A program made the translations under genes and the position numbers. Below, piece by piece: positions 7,912 through 16,220 of a stretch of 64,000 nt of DNA. Within the stretch, counting starts at the first letter, position 1; each line of letters starts with the position of its first letter. This DNA comes from Chitinophagales bacterium (GTDB lineage: Bacteria; Bacteroidota; Bacteroidia; Chitinophagales; Chitinophagaceae): positions 16,884 to 80,883 of the forward strand of contig JAFLBM010000020.1 in assembly GCA_017303455.1 (NCBI GenBank), in the 5' to 3' direction. The notes beneath the pieces are model-generated. The model was given only the letters and a program-made list of their open reading frames with translations. It ran no database searches and was not told the origin of the DNA.

Positions 7912-9030
7912 ATGCCACCGATTCATTGGGAAGAAATTCTCTTTTATATTCTTATTGCCGTAACCGCAGCACAATTGTTTTATTATGGCTGGTTTTTCAG
8001 CCGCATTGCTTTTTTTAAACCCAAAACCCGGACACAATCGCAGCAGCATCCTGTTTCTGTTATTATTTGTGCCAGGGATGAGGATGAGAACCTGGCCCGT
8101 AACCTGCCGGGTGTACTGGTGCAATCCTATCCCAGCAGCAGTGAAGTGGTGGTGGTGAATGATAATTCGTTAGACGATTCCAAGTATATATTACAGGAGC
8201 TGAAAAAAACATTCAAATCATTGAATGTGGTGGAGCTGACACAGGAAGCAAAGCTAATACCGGGTAAAAAATATCCTCTTTCTATTGGTATCCGTGAAGC
8301 AAAATATGAAGTGTTATTATTAACAGATGCCGATTGTGTGCCTGCCAGTGAACACTGGATACAGAAAATGCAGGATGCCTATGATGAAAAAACAGAGATC
8401 GTACTGGGATACGGGGCTTATCATAAACGTCCGGGTTTGCTGAACAAACTGATCCGTTTTGAAACCTTTCATACGGCTTTGCAATATTTATCCTATGCGT
8501 TAGCAGGCATGCCGTATATGGGTGTGGGAAGAAATTTATCGTATAAGAAAAATGTTTTTCTCCGCAACAAGGGCTTCTCTTCTATCAATCATGTTGCCAG
8601 CGGAGATGACGACCTCTTTATCAATAAAGTAGCTACCAAGGAAAATACAGCGGTGGTTATTGACCCGGATGCAGTCACCCGTTCTGTTCCAAGAACCACC
8701 TGGACGGGCTGGCTGAAACAAAAAGCAAGACATTATACCACGGCTAAATATTACCGGCCCAAACACAAATTTCTATTAGGTCTTTATTTTTCCACGCAAT
8801 TTATTTTTTATCCGTTACTGGCTGTTGTGGCTGTTTTTTATGACTGGCGGTTGGCCCTGGCATTATTTGGCATCCGGTTGATCGTACAGGGAACGATCCT
8901 GTATAAGGCCATGAAAAAAATGGATGAGAAGGATCTCTGGCCCTGGTTTATTTTCTTAGACATGTGGATGTTCTTTTATTATATCATCTTTGCACCGGCT
9001 TTATGGAGAAGACCCAGGAATGCCTGGTAA
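7912..9030 (+). CDS. family 2 glycosyltransferase, membrane-bound
   Basis: VSVIICARDEDENL and LLTDADCVP (a DxD-type motif) are GT2 hallmarks. The protein has N- and C-terminal TM helices. The start is trimmed to ATG 7912. Confidence 0.8.
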   Translation: MPPIHWEEILFYILIAVTAAQLFYYGWFFSRIAFFKPKTRTQSQQHPVSVIICARDEDENLARNLPGVLVQSYPSSSEVVVVNDNSLDDSKYILQELKKTFKSLNVVELTQEAKLIPGKKYPLSIGIREAKYEVLLLTDADCVPASEHWIQKMQDAYDEKTEIVLGYGAYHKRPGLLNKLIRFETFHTALQYLSYALAGMPYMGVGRNLSYKKNVFLRNKGFSSINHVASGDDDLFINKVATKENTAVVIDPDAVTRSVPRTTWTGWLKQKARHYTTAKYYRPKHKFLLGLYFSTQFIFYPLLAVVAVFYDWRLALALFGIRLIVQGTILYKAMKKMDEKDLWPWFIFLDMWMFFYYIIFAPALWRRPRNAW

Positions 9031-9056
9031 CAGGAACATAACCATCATTCACAGCC

Positions 9057-9680
9057 ATGGATATCATATTGAAATATTTTTCTGATTTTACCCCGGAACA
9101 ACTGGAACAATTCGGCAAACTGGAATCTTTGTACAAAGAATGGAATGAGAAGATAAATGTCATTTCAAGAAAAGATATTGACGGGTTGTATGAAAAACAT
9201 GTGCTGCATTCATTAAGTATTGCAGCGGCTTTTGAATTTCCGGATGGTGCAGCTATTGCGGACCTGGGAACCGGTGGCGGATTTCCAGGGATACCATTGG
9301 CAATTTTTTTCCCGCAGGTACAATTTCATCTTGTTGACAGTATCGCCAAAAAGCTGAAAGTAGTGGAAGGTGTTGCGGAAGGTATCGGTTTAAAAAATGT
9401 GACCACCCAGCACAGCCGGGTGGAAGAAATAAAGAACAGGAAATTTGATTTTGTGGTCTCAAGGGCCGTGGCACCATTAAAAGATCTCTGGACCTGGAGC
9501 AAACCCCTGTTGAAGAAGAGCTCGTTAACTCCGTTGCCGCCATCACTTATTTGTTTGAAGGGCGGTGACCTGCACCAGGAGATACAGGAAAGCGGTACCC
9601 GGCCACGAATGATGGAAATTCATGATATATTTCCCGAAGCGTTTTTTAAAGAGAAATTTATTTTACAGGTTTCCCGGTAA
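9057..9680 (+). CDS. rsmG: 16S rRNA (guanine527-N7)-methyltransferase
   Basis: 207 aa. NVISRKDIDGLYEKHVLHSL and DLGTGGGFPGIPLAI are classic RsmG/GidB motifs. Confidence 0.9.
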   Translation: MDIILKYFSDFTPEQLEQFGKLESLYKEWNEKINVISRKDIDGLYEKHVLHSLSIAAAFEFPDGAAIADLGTGGGFPGIPLAIFFPQVQFHLVDSIAKKLKVVEGVAEGIGLKNVTTQHSRVEEIKNRKFDFVVSRAVAPLKDLWTWSKPLLKKSSLTPLPPSLICLKGGDLHQEIQESGTRPRMMEIHDIFPEAFFKEKFILQVSR

Positions 9681-9681
9681 A

Positions 9682-9698
9682 ATACCACAAAGTGGTAT
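9682..9698. repeat. palindrome ATACCAC-AAA-GTGGTAT upstream of the orphan NarL-type regulator
   Basis: Read directly. It has 7-bp arms and a 3-nt spacer, lies 2 nt after the rsmG stop and 35 nt before ATG 9734. Confidence 0.9.
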
Positions 9699-9733
9699 TG
9701 GCCGGTTCTTTCATATAACCCACCTTTGCAGAC

Positions 9734-10375
9734 ATGAAAAGTAGTATTTCCGTTTGTATTGTTGATGATAACCGTGAGCTGCGAAATGCGTTGCAGGAAA
9801 TTATTGAAATGTCGGAGGGCTACAAGTGCCTCGGCACTCTTGCCACTGCGGAAGATGCGATACGACAGATCCCCTTGCTGAAACCTGATGTGGTGCTGAT
9901 GGATATCAATCTCGGCGGCACCGAAAGCGGGATTGACTGCGTCAGGGCATTAAAACCACGTATCCCTTCCACGAATTTTATGATGTGTACGGTATATGAA
10001 GAAGATGAAAAGATATTTGAAGCACTCAGTGCAGGTGCCAGTGGTTATATTTTAAAGAAGACCACCCCTTCCAAAATGCTGGATGCCATCCGTGAATTAT
10101 ATGAAGGCGGTGCCCCGATGAGCAGCCAGATCGCCAGGAAAGTGGTGGCTGCCTTTCTGAATAAGCCAGCCACTGTTGGCAGCAATGACCTGAATAATCT
10201 TACCAACCGTGAACGGGAGATCCTCGAACTCCTGTCCCGCGGCATGATGTATAAGGAAATCGCCCTGGCCCTGAACCTGGCCAATGATACCATCCGTAAA
10301 CATGTTTACCATGTGTACGAAAAACTCCATGTCACCAACCGGGTGGAAGCTGTAAACAAGTTTTTCGGCCGCTAA
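9734..10375 (+). CDS. NarL/FixJ-family response regulator (REC + LuxR-type HTH), with no adjacent kinase
   Basis: The receiver domain has VVLMDINLGG. The C-terminus has LTNREREILELLSRGMMYKEIALAL, a LuxR-type HTH. Confidence 0.9.
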   Translation: MKSSISVCIVDDNRELRNALQEIIEMSEGYKCLGTLATAEDAIRQIPLLKPDVVLMDINLGGTESGIDCVRALKPRIPSTNFMMCTVYEEDEKIFEALSAGASGYILKKTTPSKMLDAIRELYEGGAPMSSQIARKVVAAFLNKPATVGSNDLNNLTNREREILELLSRGMMYKEIALALNLANDTIRKHVYHVYEKLHVTNRVEAVNKFFGR

Positions 10376-10417
10376 GCACCCTGATTTTGTTGGTTTTCTC
10401 CAAAAGGGGGTAAAAAT

Positions 10418-10435
10418 ATACCACTAAAGTGGTAT
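10418..10435. repeat. second copy of the palindrome, ATACCAC-TAAA-GTGGTAT, downstream of the same regulator
   Basis: Read directly. The arms are identical and the spacer is 4 nt. It lies 42 nt after the regulator stop codon. Confidence 0.9.
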
Positions 10436-10557
10436 AGGGTCGTATCACAACCCCCGGTAATTTCGTCCTGTAGATTTATAAGCCGCCAAAAATATAATGA
10501 CCATTAACCATTAACCTTCCCCTGGCAAGCAGTTCAACGAGAGGGGCCCTAATCAAA

Positions 10558-10595
10558 GAAAAAAACCATCTGCCGACTGCAGATGGTTTTTTTCT
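10558..10595. terminator. bidirectional rho-independent terminator
   Basis: Stem CCATCTGC (10566-10573) pairs with GCAGATGG (10579-10586). An A-run lies upstream and T7 downstream. It serves the M1 peptidase gene (minus) and possibly the regulator gene (plus). Confidence 0.85.
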
Positions 10596-10615
10596 TTATT
10601 CCCCAGTTATTTATT

Positions 10616-12535
10616 TTACCATTTAAGTTCTATCTTATTATTCTTTCGCTCCACATCGGCCATCCGCTGGGAAGGGTCGATCTCCGCTACGGTAACATCT
10701 AACAGTTTACGGTTGGTTTCAATAATATAAACGGGGTGTGTCCATTTCCAGGCATCATATACTTTACGGGGAATAGACATATCTTCTGCCGGCTTTTCGC
10801 CATACATCAGGTCAAGAGGAATATAATGCAGTTCCTTAGTCCCGTCTTTGAACGTTAATTGCAGGTCAACCGGCATGGGCACCAGGCCAACACGGCTCAG
10901 GCGAAGTTTTGTTTTACCCCCCTCTTCCCATAAACTATCAATGGCGTAATCAATTGTCTTGGTTGAGTTGACCCAGTATTCTTTATACCAGTCCAATTGC
11001 AAGCCACTTGTTTTTTCAGCCACCCGCATAAAATCATTTACATCGGGATGTTTAAACCGCCATTGGTTATAATAGGCCAGCAAAATTTTATCTCTCACCT
11101 CTGCACCCGTGATATATCCCAGTTGTTCCATGAAGACCGATCCTTTTGTATAAGCAGCATTCGTGTAGGCAAAATTGGTATTGAAATGATCTGCATGTGT
11201 TGTCAATGGCTCTTCTTTATTACTTTTTGCTAACGCATAATAGCCCCGGTAATTACCGGCCTGTGCGAAGCCGGTATCTTTTTCCAAATACGCCATCACT
11301 CTCGACTCTGCATAGCTGGTAAATCCTTCATCCATCCAGGCATACAGAGCTTCATTGGTGCCCATCATCATCTGGTACCAACTGTGCATCCATTCGTGGA
11401 TGATCAGGTCAGGCCCGGCCCCTTTCAATAAGGTAGCCATCGGGTATTCCATGCCTCCGTCTCCTCCCTGTATAAAGGAATACTGCTTGTACGGGTACTT
11501 ACCAAAGGTCTTATCCATAAACGGCAATGCCAGTGCAGCCACATCCAGCACTTCTTCCCACTGGCCTTTGTAAAAAGCCACAAAATTATCCGGGTTGTTT
11601 TTAAAGCTTGTTTTTCTTGCGGCCGGCAATGCCTCATATTGTTTCTTCAGCAACTCCGCATCTATTTTATAAAAAGCATGCAGTACCATACCATCTCTTA
11701 CTGGTTTTGAAATATGTGTGTACTCCGGATCCGCAGCCCAGACAAAATCATGCACATTAGGTGCTATGAAATGCCAGAGCAGTTTTTCACCGGCTGGTCT
11801 TACCACTTTGGCACCGGGAGTTTCATACCCATGGCCTACCTGGTTGGGATTTTGCAGGTAGCCGGTTGCGCCAATTACATAACTTTTATCAATTGATATT
11901 TTCACATCAAAATCACCCCATACGCCATAGAATTCACGGGCTATATAAGGATTAGGATGCCAGCCATCTTTATCGTACTCGCAGAGCCTGGGATACCATT
12001 GGCTCATGCTAAACCGAACACCTTCTGCATTATCCCTGCCACTGCGGCGAATCTGCAAAGGCACCTGCGCTTCAAACTCCATGTCAAATACCACTTTGTC
12101 CTTGGGTAAAATGGGTTTATCCAGTTTTACTTCCAGGATGGTCTCCAGCATTTTAAAGGATTGTGGTTTACCATTCATTTTCAGCGATACTACTTTCTGG
12201 TAACCGATCTCCTCTTTATTCAGTTTACTGATCCTGTCTTTTACACGGCCATCCCAATCAGCACCGCGGGGTCCCTGAATGGTTCCCTGCCGCTGGCTTC
12301 TTATATCCATCATACTACCCGGCTGAAAAGCATTCCAGTACAGATGATAAAACACTTTCGTCAGTGTATCCGGGGAATTATTCCAGTATTCCAGTTTTTG
12401 TTTTCCCGTAAACTGGTTGGCGTTTGCATTCACATCCACTTGCATGGAATATTTAACCCGTTGCTGCCAGTAACCTGTTTGTGCCATGGTAACCAGTGGC
12501 AGCATTGCTAACATGCTAATCAGAATTTTCTTCAT
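10616..12535 (-). CDS. M1-family zinc metallopeptidase (aminopeptidase N-like), secreted
   Basis: Signal peptide MKKILISMLAMLPLVTMAQ. GGMEYPM is a GxMEN-like exopeptidase motif, HEWMHSWYQ is HExxH, and a downstream WMDEGF glutamate completes the site. Confidence 0.88.
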   Translation of the reverse strand: MKKILISMLAMLPLVTMAQTGYWQQRVKYSMQVDVNANANQFTGKQKLEYWNNSPDTLTKVFYHLYWNAFQPGSMMDIRSQRQGTIQGPRGADWDGRVKDRISKLNKEEIGYQKVVSLKMNGKPQSFKMLETILEVKLDKPILPKDKVVFDMEFEAQVPLQIRRSGRDNAEGVRFSMSQWYPRLCEYDKDGWHPNPYIAREFYGVWGDFDVKISIDKSYVIGATGYLQNPNQVGHGYETPGAKVVRPAGEKLLWHFIAPNVHDFVWAADPEYTHISKPVRDGMVLHAFYKIDAELLKKQYEALPAARKTSFKNNPDNFVAFYKGQWEEVLDVAALALPFMDKTFGKYPYKQYSFIQGGDGGMEYPMATLLKGAGPDLIIHEWMHSWYQMMMGTNEALYAWMDEGFTSYAESRVMAYLEKDTGFAQAGNYRGYYALAKSNKEEPLTTHADHFNTNFAYTNAAYTKGSVFMEQLGYITGAEVRDKILLAYYNQWRFKHPDVNDFMRVAEKTSGLQLDWYKEYWVNSTKTIDYAIDSLWEEGGKTKLRLSRVGLVPMPVDLQLTFKDGTKELHYIPLDLMYGEKPAEDMSIPRKVYDAWKWTHPVYIIETNRKLLDVTVAEIDPSQRMADVERKNNKIELKW

Positions 12536-12558
12536 GTACGAACTATTATATTGATTGA

Positions 12559-13704
12559 TTATTTACCCATTAGTTTTTCGTTGAATTTTACCACCAGTTT
12601 GAACAGGTCTTCATGCTCAGTAAGTGGTAATGTTGCAGGCTTATCAAATACATCATGATAAGCTTTGATGCCTCCTAAAGTGTAAAAGAAAAAAGCAGGC
12701 ACCCCTTTTTCTGTAAAATGATAATGATCGCTGTTGGCTGCTTTACCCCTCGCATTGATCGCTGCCAGTAACTGGTGTTCTTTATTGACAGCATTCATCA
12801 TCGCAAATTCATTGGGAAATTCTGTGGCATTTACGACAGTAATCCCTTCCTCACCGGTTCCTGCGAGGTCTGTATTGGTAAGAAACCGGATATTCTTTAA
12901 TGGCACCAGCGGATGTTCCGTAAAATATTTTGAACCGACAAGGCCTGCTTCTTCCCCGGCAAAACAAATAAACCCGATGGAATAAGGTTGGGGATTGGCT
13001 GCATAATAACGGGCCAGGTTCAGCAATAAGGCAACGCCGCTTGCATTATCATTCGCCCCGGGGAAATAAGTATCCTTTCCCATGCCGCCCAGGTGATCAT
13101 AATGCGCTGTGACCAGGATAAAGGAATCAGGCTTAGCAGTGCCTTTTACCATCCCGCACACATTGGCCGTTTTAAATTCATTGATCAGCCTGTTTTCAAT
13201 ATTCACTTTAAAAGAAGAAGGATTGCTCACCGCTTTTTTATCTACGAGTACAACAGAGTACCCCGCTTGTTGCCCGGCTACAGACCAGGTGAGTTTATCT
13301 TCCAGCACCACGATGAAAGCGTTATCCCGGTTCACAAACTGCACACTGTCTGCCTGTACAAAATTCCCTTTCCCTTTTACCCCTTTGCAATCCGGGCTTA
13401 CAATAAAATCCTTTCCGGGCACCAGGTCTTTGCCATTAATACTTAATTCCATTTTTCCAGGAAAAGTATTGACAGGATATGAAAACGGTTGAAGAAAATC
13501 CCTGCCTTTCATCGGCTGCAAGCCGAAGGATTGAAACTGTCCTGCCAGAAAATCAGCCGCCTTTTGCATTCCGTCGTTGGTATAACCACGGCCCCAGAAA
13601 GCAGAAGAAGTCAATGTATCCACCATCTTGCGACCGAAGGCAATATCCTGGGAAAAACCGGTTAAACTGGTAAAACATATTGCAATGAACAAGCCTCTTT
13701 TCAT
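12559..13704 (-). CDS. M28-family aminopeptidase
   Basis: The motifs VTAHYDHLG, GANDNASGVALLL and FAGEEAGLVGS are typical of M28. The start is trimmed to MKRGLFIAICF (ATG 13704). Confidence 0.85.
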   Translation of the reverse strand: MKRGLFIAICFTSLTGFSQDIAFGRKMVDTLTSSAFWGRGYTNDGMQKAADFLAGQFQSFGLQPMKGRDFLQPFSYPVNTFPGKMELSINGKDLVPGKDFIVSPDCKGVKGKGNFVQADSVQFVNRDNAFIVVLEDKLTWSVAGQQAGYSVVLVDKKAVSNPSSFKVNIENRLINEFKTANVCGMVKGTAKPDSFILVTAHYDHLGGMGKDTYFPGANDNASGVALLLNLARYYAANPQPYSIGFICFAGEEAGLVGSKYFTEHPLVPLKNIRFLTNTDLAGTGEEGITVVNATEFPNEFAMMNAVNKEHQLLAAINARGKAANSDHYHFTEKGVPAFFFYTLGGIKAYHDVFDKPATLPLTEHEDLFKLVVKFNEKLMGK

Positions 13705-13759
13705 TTGTTGCCTTTTTGGGTGGCTCAAAATAGTAAAATTCGTTCATTCACTGTTACCA

Positions 13760-13806
13760 TTAAAACAAAATTGACCGGCGGCTCCGGACAGAACCGCTGG
13801 TCAATT
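13760..13806 (-). terminator. rho-independent terminator of the PepSY-like gene
   Basis: ATTGACCGGCGG pairs with CCGCTGGTCAAT with one mismatch. The plus-strand A-rich run just before the stem gives a U-tract on the minus strand. Confidence 0.7.
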
Positions 13807-13837
13807 TGCTATTAATCCTTCTTTAAAGGATAAATAA

Positions 13838-14287
13838 TTATAATGTTACGGCTGAGCGAAGCAACCGCCCTTTTTCATTGAAATAAAGAAATTTTTTCTG
13901 CAGATCATTCTTCTCCACTTTTAACCTGTATTGAACTACATTACCCGGCAGGTAAATGGTTTTTACATCTTCCACTTCCCGATCCGCATATTTGCTTTTT
14001 TGAAACCCGTCTTTTACTGCATCGGTGAGTTTATCATAGCTCCATTCCTTCCGGGTGCTTTTCCAGATGCCTTTATTATTGTATTCGGCATTCATGTGTT
14101 CACCATCCAGGTCAAACTCAGCGTTGACGTTCACAATATCATTACTCCATTTCACATTTGTCGCAGCGGGATATTGTTTGGCAAAATTCTCTTTTGCCTG
14201 TTCCGGAACAGAAGTGATCTGTGCAAACCCGGCTGAGGTTATTAATGAAAGGCAGAGCGTCAAAGTGGTAATACGAAGTGATTTCAT
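13838..14287 (-). CDS. PepSY-like (DUF2874-type) periplasmic protein
   Basis: 149 aa with a signal peptide. The repeat pattern AKQYPAATNVKWS...EF and the overall size resemble PepSY-like beta-lactamase-inhibitor-like proteins. Confidence 0.6.
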   Translation of the reverse strand: MKSLRITTLTLCLSLITSAGFAQITSVPEQAKENFAKQYPAATNVKWSNDIVNVNAEFDLDGEHMNAEYNNKGIWKSTRKEWSYDKLTDAVKDGFQKSKYADREVEDVKTIYLPGNVVQYRLKVEKNDLQKKFLYFNEKGRLLRSAVTL

Positions 14288-14352
14288 AACAGTGACATTA
14301 AATTAAGCGCTGTAAGCAGGAAAAAATAATGCCAGTTTTGGTTAAGGAATCC

Positions 14353-15021
14353 TTAGCCCATTTTCCCGGCAACAACAATAACGATCTCGCCTTTGACCTT
14401 TTTTTGACTGAAATAGTCCGCTGCTTCCCGGAGAGTACCCCGTTTATTTTCTTCAAACATTTTTGTTAGTTCACGACTTACGGAACACAACCGGTCTTCG
14501 CCAAAATAAGTGATGAATTCCTCCAGTGTTTTTACCAACCGAACAGGTGATTCATAAAAGATCATGGTTCTTTCCTCTTCGGCCAGTTGTTTCATCAGGG
14601 TCTGCCTTCCTTTTTTCAGGGGTAGAAACCCTTCAAAACAAAAACGGTTCGTGGGAATACCACTGTTGACCAATGCAGGAACAAATGCGGTAGCACCGGG
14701 CAGGCATTCCACTTTTACACCAACTTTTATACACTCTCTTACCAATAGAAATGCAGGATCAGAAATACCCGGCGTACCGGCATCGGTAATGACTGCCATT
14801 TTTTTTCCGGCGGATAACTGGTCTACCAAATGCTGCAGCACCTTATGTTCATTGTGCTGGTGATAAGGCGAAACCGGTTTACTGATCTGGTAATGATTGA
14901 GCAGGTGGGAACTGGTTCTTGTATCCTCGGCCAGGATAAGATCAACCTCCTTCAGTACTTCCAGTGCACGAAGCGTAATGTCTTTGAGATTACCAATGGG
15001 AGTGGGAACCAGGTAGAGCAT
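14353..15021 (-). CDS. rsmI: 16S rRNA (cytidine1402-2'-O)-methyltransferase
   Basis: MLYLVPTPIGNLKDITLRALEVLKEVDLILAEDTR is the canonical RsmI N-terminus. Confidence 0.92.
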   Translation of the reverse strand: MLYLVPTPIGNLKDITLRALEVLKEVDLILAEDTRTSSHLLNHYQISKPVSPYHQHNEHKVLQHLVDQLSAGKKMAVITDAGTPGISDPAFLLVRECIKVGVKVECLPGATAFVPALVNSGIPTNRFCFEGFLPLKKGRQTLMKQLAEEERTMIFYESPVRLVKTLEEFITYFGEDRLCSVSRELTKMFEENKRGTLREAADYFSQKKVKGEIVIVVAGKMG

Positions 15022-15080
15022 AGTTGATAAGTTGATATGTTCATAGTTGATAAGTGCTGAATCCTCTTCAACTTATCAAC
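15021..15080. repeat. tandem word TAGTTGATAAG (two copies plus a partial) and a 10-bp inverted copy
   Basis: TAGTTGATAAG at 15021-15031 and 15044-15054, and GTTGATA at 15031-15037. GTTGATAAGT (15046-15055) pairs with ACTTATCAAC (15071-15080). The element lies between the purS stop and the rsmI start. Confidence 0.85.
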
Positions 15081-15087
15081 CTGTCAA

Positions 15088-15333
15088 CTAGTTAACGGAC
15101 ACTTCAAAATATTCCATGACCGGGTTAGAGAGCAATTTCCTGCTGGCTTCTTCGGCAATCGCTTTTGCATTCTCGGGTGAATCGGCTGTTACCTGCAGGG
15201 TAATGTTCTTCCCTACTCTTACATCTTCCACCCCATTTAAGCCGAGGTTTTGCAAACCGCCCATCACTGCTTTTCCCTGCGGATCGAGCAGTTCTTTCAG
15301 CGGCATTACTTTTATCTGAACCGTATAGGTCAT
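15088..15333 (-). CDS. purS: phosphoribosylformylglycinamidine synthase subunit PurS
   Basis: 81 aa. VMPLKELLDPQGKAV...GLQNLG is a typical PurS sequence. Confidence 0.88.
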   Translation of the reverse strand: MTYTVQIKVMPLKELLDPQGKAVMGGLQNLGLNGVEDVRVGKNITLQVTADSPENAKAIAEEASRKLLSNPVMEYFEVSVN

Positions 15334-16115
15334 GCTGTTTTATTTTTAAAGAGCAAAGATACCAAAACATAGGTGATGAAAATGACCGGAACGGCCAGCC
15401 AGCCCAATAAAAATATCGCAGCAAGTCCCACCAGGGCAATTATAATAAACGGCATAGCAGATTTCATCGTTAGCCCTTTGAACTTTAGTGCCAGCATAGG
15501 CAAAGAAGAAACCATCAGGAAGCTCAGTACAGCAATAACGGCATACCAGAACCATTTATTCAATAAGATTTCCACAACGGTTGCATTATCAGAAAACCAG
15601 TAGATCAGCGGAAAAGAAGCAACGGTTAATCCGACTGCAGGTGTGGGTACGCCCAGGAAACCATAGGTCTGCCGGGTGTCTAAATTGAATTTGCCCAGGC
15701 GCCAGGCTGCTGCTGCTGCAACAATAAAAGCAGGTACTAACCAAATCATGGAAGCATCCAGGGCACCGCTTTCCTGTGCTACGCTCAACCGGAGAAACTG
15801 GTAGATGATCATGGCCGGTGCCACACCAAAACTCACTACATCTGCTAAGGAATCTAATTGTTTGCCTAATTCGGAGCTTGCTTTGAATAATCTTGCCACA
15901 AAGCCATCCAGGAAATCAACTAACCCTGCAAGCCCGATAAAAAGCGATGCCAGTACAATTTTCTCCGGCGTGTTTTCCAACTGAACTGGTGTTGTGAGGA
16001 TATTTCCAGCATCATCCAATGGCAGCAGGATAACTCCCTGTTGCAGGGTGAAAACGATAGCGATGCAACCAAAAACCAGGTTCAGCAGCGTAAATAAGTT
16101 GGGGATTTGTTTCAT
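15330..16115 (-). CDS. pssA: CDP-diacylglycerol--serine O-phosphatidyltransferase (CDP-alcohol phosphatidyltransferase family)
   Basis: DFLDGFVARLFKASSELGKQLDSLADVVSFG fits the D-x2-DG-x2-AR...G-x3-D-x3-D motif. The protein is polytopic. The start could be ATG 16115 or 16130. Its stop overlaps the purS ATG (ATGA). Confidence 0.85.
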   Translation of the reverse strand: MKQIPNLFTLLNLVFGCIAIVFTLQQGVILLPLDDAGNILTTPVQLENTPEKIVLASLFIGLAGLVDFLDGFVARLFKASSELGKQLDSLADVVSFGVAPAMIIYQFLRLSVAQESGALDASMIWLVPAFIVAAAAAWRLGKFNLDTRQTYGFLGVPTPAVGLTVASFPLIYWFSDNATVVEILLNKWFWYAVIAVLSFLMVSSLPMLALKFKGLTMKSAMPFIIIALVGLAAIFLLGWLAVPVIFITYVLVSLLFKNKTA

Positions 16116-16123
16116 TGTTATTG

Positions 16124-16206
16124 GGTTCATGGTTCATGGCGCATAGTTCATAGCCATGTCATTAATCTATTATTCTTTACAATAATAGGAAAACAGCATG
16201 AACTAT
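16124..16206. repeat. tandem word GGTTCAT (two copies plus AGTTCAT) with nested inverted repeats
   Basis: GGTTCAT at 16124-16130 and 16131-16137. ATAGTTCAT (16143-16151) pairs with ATGAACTAT (16198-16206). The inner pair is CTATTATT (16167-16174) with AATAATAG (16181-16188). The element lies between the pepP-like stop and the pssA start. Confidence 0.85.
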
Positions 16207-16220
16207 CAACCCTGAACATT

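Noticed and set aside
7807-8124. The long N-terminal extension of the tgt ORF in the track (485 aa), which overlaps the glycosyltransferase gene.
   Set aside because: The first 106 codons show no Tgt similarity and run through the repeat-rich divergent spacer. ATG 7806 gives a normal 379-aa Tgt.
10500-10520. The mini tandem repeat CCATTAA-CCATTAA-CC in the long spacer after the orphan regulator.
   Set aside because: There are only two and a bit copies of a 7-mer, which is too short to interpret. The short ATG-initiated frame over it stops after 5 codons.
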